DNA of 64,000 nt from Phoronis australis (taxonomy: Eukaryota > Animalia > Phoronida): NCBI GenBank assembly GCA_002633005.1, contig NMRA01000273.1, forward strand, positions 501,582-565,581. Direction: 5' to 3'. The translations under genes and the position numbers were made by a program. The notes beneath the pieces were generated by a model. That model was not told the DNA's origin, searched no databases, and worked only from the letters and a program-made list of their open reading frames with translations. Of the stretch, positions 36,501 through 48,500 are shown one piece after another. Numbering within the stretch: position 1 is the stretch's first letter; each line of letters starts with the position of its first letter.

Positions 36501-39500
36501 TAGATGCATCTAAATCGCAGATTACATACAAGTAGGTCAGTCAGTCAACAACTGGTGCCCTGGAACCTGAATAATGCAGAGGGTGGGACACTCTCATCAT
36601 AGCTACTATCAGCTGGTGAAAGTATGCAGACAAATTATTAATGACCTGGTTAGTAAATGGAATTGAATTTTGAACACTCACCATCATTATATCCTGGCTC
36701 CTTGGCACTGGAATAAAACAAGGTCAGATCTTCATTACAGGAGCAAAAAGTTTAAAAACTGCTTAGTGCTGGCCAATAAAAATCATACCTATCTTCATTT
36801 AGTTTCAAATATTAATTGTAATATATTGCAAATTACAGTCTCAACAAGGCATTGTACTGTATGTACCATGTTTGTTTACAGAACATATGACAAGGTAGTA
36901 ATCAGTGACAGCAGTATAGTCCATGACAAATAACAAATTGCATTAAAAATCCATTACCAAGATTATGTGTGAAACTTTAGATCAATTAGTCCAGGAGAGC
37001 ATCTGAAAAATTAGACTATTTAAAAAATGTTCTAAATGAAAACAGCACCAGCAGTTCAAGAAAATGGAATTTAAGAAATGCGTATGTTCCACAAGTCCGC
37101 ATATTCCCACGACCCAGAATCACTAAAAATCAGCGTGACTGATGAAGTTGTACATATTTTTCCGTTCACGTAACTAATGGAGTAGAAGGACAAAAAAAAA
37201 CTTGTGGATTTTTGTGAAACTTTGCCGAGCTATAATCAGCGCGACAGGGATAACCAGTCACTTTCAGAGACACTGAATTAAAATAACACATCACAATGTT
37301 TTCAATAGAGGAACATAATGTTGACATACACATCTGGTTCAAGCATTAACAAGTTTCCTCCAACTTCCACTTAACATTTACAGCAGCTGAACATTGCTAG
37401 ACAATCAATTTGATTCCCCTCCACAACAGCACATTTTGACTGACAACCGGCAGCAAATTGACAACCCACTTACAAAGCAACACAGCTCTGATATACCTGT
37501 AAACATGGTAATATAAGAATCGATGGAAAACAAGTTCAACTTCTCTCACCTGACACAAAATTTCTTTTTGTATGATTAGGTTGGTTATTGTTTATCAATG
37601 AAAAAAGGGGGATAAAATGTGAATTCATTTTGCACACCACTTCAGAGAAATTGTCAGGCTTTTAAACGTTTTGTACAGAAATGAAGTGTTCGCTACAGAC
37701 TGGGTTTTAACATATCTTTGACGCAATTTAGCAAAACAAGTGTATAATCTTAGAAGCAATTTTGATAACACGAAAGAAATAAAATTTGAAGAAATAAAAG
37801 CCATCAGCAGTTTCATTTTGTGGTCATCTTCCTGTATTTTTCACTGTGGCACTGTACCTGATTCCACACATTTTCCAACATAATTTGTATGCAGTTCTGT
37901 GTCAGAGTAAGTATGATTTCCAGACTACTTTCGCATTTTGGAAGTTGGGTTCATGAGACCTCACTCATGTTTAAAAGTTAAAGGCAAACACTGGCTGGAA
38001 AAGAATGATTTGGTTTTACCAAAAGGTATGCCACACTTAAGCTACATATAAAACAAAATAAAGAAAAAATGTATTTCATTATAATTTTCATTATTTGTAG
38101 TGGTAAATGTGTTTCTTAGTTAAATTTAAACATGTTTTGAGCCAATAAAGTTAAAAAAATCATGTCTGCATTAAAACATGTGATTGAGATTCAGTTAATT
38201 TCACTTCCTTAATTCAGTTAAGTATGTTATGACCTAGATCTAGAGTTATGAGCGGTTTTGTTATACCTGTTCTTCCTTGCAAAGCTAACCGACAGTTTAA
38301 CTCATTAACTGTTTGAATTTAAAAAGTGAGAAGCTAGACTAACAGCTGTTGTGAAACCTGCAACTAGCCATGTAGAGGCAGCAGTTAGTGCGGCTAAAGA
38401 TAGACCACAGTGAGTCTTGGCTTAAACAACAAATTGAGACTTTTTGAAAATATTTTTTAAAAAACCAATTTTGTGCTTCTTGATAGACTTGAGGAGCACC
38501 ATTTCGGCAATTACAATAGATAGGCATTTATAGACAAGTGTGACTCTATTTGTTGTTGGAAGCAAAGACGTGGTCTGTTTAGAGGAGAGAGAGCCGCGGT
38601 GACAGTGGGCTGCCCATCCTGAGAAGATGCCTGTTGACCTAGACAGAGAAATGATGTTAATAATTATAAGTATGAAAGTCTGTGACATTAAAGAGGTCCA
38701 TGGACCAAGAGGGCAGAGTCAACCATTAAGATGTCCAACTGAATACCATACATCACTTTATTTTTTTCAGCAGTCTGTATTCCACCACCAAGATGAGTCG
38801 CATTCCAGGTAGAAGTCAATTATTGGGGTCTTGCATTTCGACAACCAGTTTTTGCCACACAATAACAAGCACCAAACTGGTTCTCAAACTACAGGGACCC
38901 CTGTAAGTGACTATTGCCACATTCCAAGCATTGATGGAGTGATCATGGTTGGACTAGACTGCCCTCTATTGTTCATTAGCCCCACCACCATTCATGCATG
39001 ACCAACAGAATGATCTGAGCAACACTAGTACTACTGTAGCTGAATGAGGCTTTGTGGCATAAATTAGAAAATAACTTTTCACAAGAACTTGAGAATCAAT
39101 GAATGCCTAAGATATCACACTTAAAGTTTAACTTCCTTTGGCTTGAATTAACTGGGTATTTTAAATGTGATAACTTCAAGATGTGGTGCTCAGGACAGTG
39201 AAGGTCATGTGTTTAGAGACTTGAGCAGCGGATGTTTTTAGATTAGTAGCATCTATAGGAGACTCGTTGAAGTAGTGGCAAATGGTTACATTACACTGCC
39301 ATTGAGCACAACATTGTGGTACTTCTTAATCAGGGTATGGTTAGCAAATGGCAAAGAGGTGCACTCGAATTCAAGGAATGTGGCCTTTGCAAAAAGTTGC
39401 AAATTCTTTCTCATCAAACAGAGAGAGACAGGAAATGCAGAAAACCATGTGACCACTTGACACTAAGTCTCCCATTGTACAAGTAATCAGCAGAAAGAAG

Positions 39501-42500
39501 AGATATGAGGCTGACTGAGGGAACCAAGACCTTCTTGAGGGTGGACGGTCAGGCCTAGTGGCTGGAGACATAGAGTGTCGACTGGGCGTGTAGCGGCCAT
39601 TCTCCATCACGGTCTCCAGGTGGGAGCGGTTGGAGTAACTGGGAAGGTTGACCATTGAGGTATAGCGGGTTGGAGGGGCATTCCATGCCTTGTCCGGGTT
39701 AGACAGGCCATATATACTGTAATTTCTGCAAGCACATATTATTTGTAAACCAAACGAGAAACAAAAGGCATGCTTACACAAACAAGAGATCGTTAGCCTG
39801 AAATAGACAAATGGTGCAGTTAAACATGAATTCATGACATTTCACCGGATATGAACGAACACATAAAAAGTGCACAATGAGACAATGAGGCCAATCTTTT
39901 GGCAAAACAACAACTAAGTGCATCTGATAATCTGAAATCAACTGTATTGACCACGCGCAGTATTTCAGTGTTTTACAGAATGCATAATGGTTTTTACTCA
40001 GTAAAACTAGAACCAATCTCCCAGGGGAATGGGGCATCTGTACCGACTGAGAAGGAACCATAATGAGGATCTAACCAGGCGCATTACTCAACTCACAACC
40101 CCACAGACACAAATCCATGCTACAACTAATAGCAGATTTTCATGTGTGGCAAAACGCTAACAGATTTTCACTGCCAAGATACACATGTTTTCTTCACATA
40201 TACCTGGGGTCAACAAAGGGACCATTTTCGTCAATGATTAGTTTTTCTCACAACCTGTATCCATTTCAAAGTGGCAACTGATTTTTCACTTCTTGCAGTA
40301 AACCAATTAATGTAACAATAGCTAGAGACCACTTCCTTTGCACATGTGTGTCCTTTGAAGTAAGTGGTCCGGTTACGAAAGTGCTAGTGAAAACGCCACC
40401 AGTTATAACATAACTCAAATTGCCAGCAAAAATGAACTTTGCAACCATTCACATTATTGATATAGTACTTTCGCTACAAGCAAACATACCAGCCAGAATG
40501 TGAATACCATAGAGACCATTAAGTACGTACATGAAATGGTCCTTCAGAAAGAAACACATAAAAAGTATGTTAGCCTACATCTAATTACACAGAATTAACA
40601 AGCACAATAGATGGCTAACAATTTGTCATCAGAAATTATTACGTTATGTACCAAGCTATTGAGCTGTTCCAGCTTATGTTATCTGGCAACGACTAGAATA
40701 TTGTAAAATGGTTGATAACCCAAAATGACAAAACATTTTATTGCAGGAAAGACCTGCAATTTAAGATATAATTGACAGTTTTATTGCGTTAAAGCTTTTT
40801 ATATGAAAATTTTAAAACCTTTCAAAAAAGGTTGTAATGCAAATGAACAACATTTACAGGAAACGCATAAGTCGAGTGGCATCATTCAGGAGAATGCCTT
40901 GTATACGAAGCAAAGTCATACTTCAAAGCATTTGAGAAAAAAGCAAACAAGGTCATCCTCAAAATATTTACGTTCCCCTTGCCCATCAACCTTGTACTGA
41001 CAAGGGTTCGTAGAGCAGAAAATGTTTAGTTTTCTTTTATTAACATGTACACTCAATTTTGGTACAAATTCATTTTTAGTTTTTACAATTGAAAAAGCAT
41101 ATTCTTACGTCAGATAGGAAAAAATTAGAGCATATTTTACAATCGGTGGCATGAGAGGAAACAAATCGTAATGTATGCCTGATTACTTCATGTCATGAGT
41201 TGTATATTGTTGAGTTACAACTCTCACCATAAACATAGTTTAAGAATTGGTCAGACCGTGGCCCAGGGTCCACATCTACATTGAAGTGTGCAGGGAACCC
41301 ACCATGACCCAGGTTCCAACTATCTACATAATGGAAGTTGCAGGAAACCCACCATGGCCCGGGGTCCAACTAACTTCATATGGAAGTGTGCAGAGAACCC
41401 ACCATGGCCCAGGGTCTATCCACATATGGAAGTGTGTAGGGAACCCACCATGGCCCAGGGTCCAACTAACTTCATATGGAAGTGTGCTGAGAACCCACCA
41501 TTGCCCAGGGTCCAACTAACTATGGAAGTGTGCAGAGAACCCAGCAGTGACACACCAATGGCTTCAATTCCCAAATGTCCCTTATCACAACAGACTGGCC
41601 ATTCAGGAGTGTAAGATATCATAACATACTGGTTACACTGTGACACAATCTGTTATTACAAGTTAGCAGGTTTCACTGTACTCAGGACTGATAACATCTT
41701 GTAATGTGACCCCATAGTGTGAGGGATTGGCCTCAGAGATGGACATGGTGAAGCAGACTTCTTTCCAGTTGGAGCAAAACTTTGAACTCTGCATGTCCAG
41801 AATGATAAGACTAATAACAAGAAATTTACCGATTCACAAAAATCAATTGTTGCAGACAAAAAGCATAACATCAAAGCCACAAAAACTGTGTACCACCTAT
41901 TCCAGTCAATTGACAACTCTTGATACAAACTGCCAACTATCAACATTCAATACTCAAGCTGAGAAAAGTCAGACAACTGACTAAAAATTTCCAACATCTG
42001 GTGCACACGAATATAATTATGTAGAGATACAGTCAGACTACTCACTCTCACAACATTTGAAGCACAGAATGCAGCATTTGTTGATACAGTTGGATAACTG
42101 ACTGACCATTTGTTGTACATGAATATTTGGAGATAAAGTCAAGCTATTGAGTATTCCAACATTTCCTACACAAGGATATAAGTGAAGGCACACATATTCT
42201 GTTTAGCTGATGCCTCCCCCTTCCCCCTCTCCCCCGGGAGGGCACTCCACGCTGTGTTTTAGAAGGGTGGATTCAACAAAAAGGACCACATTTTTGTATG
42301 GATCGTCCATAGCGTGGAAAGTCCATCCTATTGTAACTCTTGTGGTTATTCAACAGCTGCTTCATAAAACAGTACAAGTGAAGATGTCATGACAAATATG
42401 AGCAAATCCTTAACAAGCAAAGTTTTAAAATACAGATAACATTAAAACCTTTATGAAGATTTTTGTAGTTGGGAATGGAACCATTTATAAATTTTGAACT

Positions 42501-45500
42501 CTCAAGTGAACCCTTAGTCGAAGGGAATTAGATCAGAAAAGACACTCTTTTAGAAGCAAAGCGGTCGTGAAAGTCGCCCACCCAAGTGGTACATCCTGTA
42601 CAGTCCCCTCAGCAGCTGAACTCACAGGATAACACCTCCATCAACAGCTTAAAACACAGCTTCTAGAATCCCTCGAGAAATACTCGGGGATGAGAATCAA
42701 ATGCAAATTCAATTGATTTTTGTTCCCTCAATAACATGGTTATTACAAGCTTTCTAAGTGTTCCCGGTGTTGAAGGTTGGATTCTTATTATTCGAAGTGG
42801 ACTACAGTGGACTGTGTCTAAACTATGTGAAATTCAGATTAGATAAACATTATCTACACTTACAACTTTGTGATCAACTCCACCCAACTGCCCACTATGT
42901 TTGAAGCTAACAGCGTGCCAGCATGCTAGAAGCAATATAGCAAAAAAAGGATTTTTTGATGGAAAATCAATACACACCACTGTGGTAATGGTAATTGTTC
43001 AACTCATAGTCTACTGCGTTGTTATGTAGTAACTGATGACATTAAAAAGCCAGTTAGTTAAGGCTAATTAGTCTCACTTGCAACAGCTATAGCAAACAGT
43101 TCTTTCAGCTCAACACATGTTCAAGTAATTCAGCTGAGCTTCCATAACATGGCAAATAAGGTGGTGCAGGATGTTGTTTTCTGATTCCACTTCAATGTTG
43201 TATTATTTTCCCACAACACACAGGATTTTCAAAGCCTAATTTGATAAGATCCTCCCAAAGCACAATACAATACATCAAATCTGTCAGATAAATACAGTAA
43301 TACCATTCATAACATGGATAGTCCATTGATGTACCACAGAGATAAGTATAAGCAGACCAGGGCAGATACTAAACTTGACACAAGAATCTATACCAAGCAG
43401 GAAGACCACATCATCGTGAGCATTCAGTTTGTGTCCACCAGGTGTATTTACCACTAGCTCACTGTTATGCGTCCTAACACACAATATGAGACCCAGGACT
43501 CCAAACTTACTTATTTCTACCACAACATGATAAACATGAATGAAAGTCGACTAAATTCATCAAAAATTCTGGATAATTTAAATTTGTGGCAACTATTACA
43601 TCCTTGAAATTGCCATACAGTTTTGCTTACTGGTCATAATAATATTAATAATATCAATTAATATCAATATATCACCTCGATACAGTGACAAATAGTGTTG
43701 TGCACCAGTTCACAGCAAGGGCATCAAAGTGTGTAATACTAGAAGAGAATAGAAACAAAAAAAAAACTATGTGCCTCGGAAACTTTAAGTATAGCTGATT
43801 TAATGTCACACTAAAACAGATTATAGATGAATTGGTATTGCATGTCAGCATCATGAAAGTGTCGGTATCGAATTAGCATTATCCATAAGTTGTCATTATC
43901 TAGTCATACCCAATCCCACTCACACCAAAACTTAGTCTCATACCCAATTCTAGTCATACCCAATTCTAGCCATGCCCAACCCTAGCCATACCTAAACCTG
44001 TCATACCCAATTCTAGTCATATCCAATCCTAGTCATACCAAACATAGTCATAACCAATCCTAGTCATACAAAATCTTAGCCATAACCAACCCTAGTCATA
44101 ACCAAGCCTAGTCATACCCAAGCCAAGCCGTACCCAACCATAGTCATCATGAAAAAGTTGACATTTCACGACAACTGACATGTATCTCATCTGCTTGACT
44201 CAACCAAGATTTAATTCACACACAACCTTGCAGAGTGCAAGAAGGACGTTTTTGCNATAATTTAAATTTGTGGCAACTATTACATCCTTGAAATTGCCAT
44301 ACAGTTTTGCTTACTGGTCATAATAATATTAATAATATCAATTAATATCAATATATCACCTCGATGCAGTGACAAATAGTGTTGTGCACCAGTTCACAGC
44401 AAGGGCATCAAAGTGTGTAATACTAGAAGAAAATAGAAACAAAAAAAAACTATGTGCCTTGGAAACTTAAAGTATAGCTGATTTAATGTCACACTAAAAC
44501 AGATTATAGATGAATTGGTATTGCATGTCAGCATCATGAAAGTGTCGGTATCGAATTAGCATTATCCATAAGTTGTCATTATCTAGTCATACCCAATCCC
44601 AGTCACACCAAAACTTAGTCTCATACCCAATTCTAGTCATACCCAATTCTAGCCATGCCCAACCCTAGCCATACCTAAACCTGTCATACCCAATTCTAGT
44701 CATACCCAATCCTAGTCATACCAAACATAGTCATAACCAATCCTAGTCATACAAAATCTTAGCCATAACCAACCCTAGTCATAACCAAGCCTAGTCATAC
44801 CCAAGCCAAGCCGTACCCAACCATAGTCATCATGAAAAAGTTGACATTTCACGACAACTGACATGTATCTCATCTGCTTGACTCAACCAAGATTTAATTC
44901 ACACACAACCTTGCAGAGTGCAAGAAGGACGTTTTTGCAACTTGACCATCACTGACCACTGGGCCAGGCGCAGGTGTAGAGGGGGTACAACAGGACTCCT
45001 TGTCCAGTCACTTTTACAATAGCTGCAGAAATGGAGAATTACAACCACCCACCATGCTTATCACCTGTCAGACCGCCCACTACGTTTTTTCCTTGTCAGA
45101 CCCCTACCAAAATCCTGGATACGCAATTGTGAGGTGCATCTTAATGTACTAAAATGAAATACATATTACAATGCATATCAGTCACCTAGATCATTCTTTG
45201 GTGTAAGTCAACTTGTTCACTGACCTGTGGGGTGTGTCTTGGTTAAGATCTGTGGAGGAGGAAGGCCATTTTCTGGCACTCTGACGAGACTTTGGTGTCA
45301 GCTTAGGTGATGGTGGGTGACTACGATGACTGGATGAGAAGTCAGGGGTGGCTGCGCGGGGGGACACATCTGTTCTGGTGGGCACATTTGCACGTCGAGG
45401 AGTGTTCTTCACATGTGGTTTATTCGGTAATGTATTACTAGCTGAAAGAGAAACGCTCTTCTTTAGTAAAAAATTGATGTAATATACGACATTATTTATT

Positions 45501-48500
45501 TGAAATGGTAACTATGTACATTTTACAAAATGAATGGAAGCCCTACAGTTCTCGTCACTTTCCCCTGATCGCTGGCCATTGACAATATACACAAATTTTG
45601 ACATTAACTTTTTATAGAGATATTATCCCAATACTTAATAAATTAACTGCACAATTTCAGTCCATTCATCTGTTTTCGATGACAAAAAGCAAAGCTTAAA
45701 ATCTTGCAAATGACCTGATATTTGACTATGCCCTAATAATCGAATATTAGGCCATGGTCTGTTATCAGGGAACATAAGAATTTTATTACAAAAATTTTAT
45801 TGCACATAAAGTGTTCAATCACGTCAACCCCCTCCGTGACTACAATGCACACTGTGTGCACTTGTGAAAACGACATTGACAGCATGTAGGCATAGAGCGA
45901 TCTCTCAAAGATAACTGATTACAAGCCTCATGTGAATAATGCTCACACAGCTAAACTGAGAGCAGCTTCAATTCCTGCCGTACATGACATCCATCACACG
46001 CTAATTCGATACAATTCATCATTTTCAGTACAACATACACGTATAAGTAATGTTCATGATAATGTCACACAGAAATGGATGAACTTTGTAAGGAATGAAC
46101 ATGATTCATCACGCAACCCAACTTTTGATGTGGACTTCCTAGCGTTGGATATAGGTCTCAAATTGTTTCTTAGTCAAATTGGAAATGATTTTAGGGCTTC
46201 AAAAGAAATGAAACACAATTAGAGTGTGAGACCAGAGATCTACAAGTTGATTTGTCGTGGTGTGTCATTTTATGCGCCGAGTGTGGTCCCAAGAAATAAA
46301 CTATCGGACAGTTTTTCGCAAACCCAGAAATCACTTCTGATTTGAGTAAGGAACAAGTTTCATATCAGTAAGTGCTCTCAATCAAGAGTTTGCTTCCTGG
46401 ACGCCACTTTAAAAGCAATCATTTTATGTAATAAACCAATTTTCTAAATTTCTAGACCATGTCTCTATTCATGAGTGTCATGCCTTCATTCCAACAAGTT
46501 AAGATTTTCACCTGGCCATACCTCTGCTCGTCTCTACAGCAGCAAGTCTGCGTAGTGCATCACTTAGCGCACTCTTCAGGCAGACTATCTCATCATCCTG
46601 TTGGGATACTTTCTTCTCCAGTGCCAGTATACGCAGGTCTACATCATCCTGGTCAACTGAAATGATAAAATTTCAAATTCAGACGTTAACGATAAGAACA
46701 TCTGATTCATAAGTTGTGAGAAATACTTAGACACGTTTTGCTAAATTTTGTCAAGTTTGTAAGACATTTGTGGTCCTTTACCTATCATTCAAAACTATCT
46801 ACAATCAGTTTACACAGCTCTCAATGGTCATTTTTCCATTACTTATGGCCTAATGACATCAGTCACAAATGAATAGGAAGTGAATGGCATTGAGCAAGAT
46901 GCTCAAATTTCAACTAGTCCAAGTCAGCTATGACCTCTAGCTAATGTGTTCAAATTCTGCCACTATGTGGGCCATTTTCAGTTCCAACCTTGCTACATAA
47001 CAATTTGCCATTTGACTTGAGCAATGATGCCAGAAATGTAATAAAACTAATACAACAACCATTCAACTGATAGGACACACAGTGTTCACATTACTGACAA
47101 CGTAATTCACTTACAACAGGACACGTATGGTTAATACAATTATTTTCATTAATTTTTATCAAAAAAAACAACTAAAAAGGATCTAGATTAAGGGTACTTC
47201 CGTGAAAGGTGAACCCAGAGACATAAAACTGTGATCATATTAACATATCTGGTCTCACCTGATAGGCCAATGTGTCTTGTTTCAGGACCTATCCATAACT
47301 GAATTTCCTTTAACTTCCAATTTGTTTACTATCTAGGCAAATTTTTGGAGGTCAGTTAACCACATTTTTACTAGGTGAAACGAAATTTCTCCAAATATGT
47401 TGCGTTGTCATAAAATTTTTGTTTTGTTTTGTTTTGTTTCTTTGTTTGCACGTACAGGTCGTAACTCTTATTGGATCAATGTGAAATTTACACACAACAT
47501 GTTTCGTAAATGCCTCGAAGCCTATTGTTTTTCATAAAAATTGAACGAGTTTCAATTTTAAGGCTGAAGTTAAAAATTAAGATGTCCAAATCAAAGAATT
47601 CCTAGGCAAGGTTAGGTTTATGGAAATAACACCTACGCAATGGTGACTTTCTCATGGAAGGTCCATAGAAATGGGCCCTTTTCTTCAAGTCCACTCTCTT
47701 CAATAGGAGAGTAACCTAGTTTTCCATCTGCACTCCCATAAAAATATAGTCAGGTACCCCACTTGGGGACGTACGTGTCTTTAAATATTTTAACAAAACA
47801 AGTTATTGTCCTGGAGAAATTTGTACATTTTATTTTTTTGAATAGCTCTGAAGCTCAAACTCAATATGAAAATGATATGGACATGCACACAAAAGCATGT
47901 GAGACACTAAAATTCATTTCTATCATGTGGCCTATATGGTGTGCATTAGACCAGTTTTAACTATCCCTGTATTATCTGCACATGTCTTTTGTATGTATCT
48001 AGATCTCCTTTATAGTACACTATTGATTGACTGCAGTAACAGATTCACAACCATCCTGTAAGAACTTTCACAGATCAACCATTCATGCAGAGGCAACGCA
48101 TGTCACGGCTCATCAAATATTTCTCACAGTCCATAAGTTCACAAATGCAGTCTTTTTAATTCTTGGCTTTCTTTCCGGACATGTTGACAAAAGCTAGGTC
48201 AAAGAGTAGGAGAACCTAATGAAGCATAGACTGAAAATAATGAGCTATTATAACATGTGGACATTTGCAGCATACAGAATCATTAATTATTGATTGAGCA
48301 GTTCTTAGCAGCTGCCATGCTGGAAAACAAAGTGGATGGCGTCTTTGTGCTGAAGTAAAACTGACTTACAAATTTACTCACAATGACAAACTTCACAATT
48401 TCCATAAAAATGAAGAATCAAATGCATACTTATTTACAGTAATTAACAGGTACATTGATAATGATAATGTCCTATGCGAATATCAAAAGCTGCATTCCAG

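Noticed and set aside
37858-40070. Several AG..GT-bounded micro-exon candidates in the EML linker (~37858-37896, ~38267-38308, ~40044-40070)
   Set aside because: Cannot be distinguished from chance without RNA data; the needed phase 2-to-1 exon remains unidentified.
41247-41646. CRISPR-like array or repetitive ORFs
   Set aside because: Eukaryotic intronic minisatellite with no unique spacers and no cas genes.
43573-44938. Real tandem duplication
   Set aside because: Near-identical copies abut a single N, the signature of an unmerged contig overlap.
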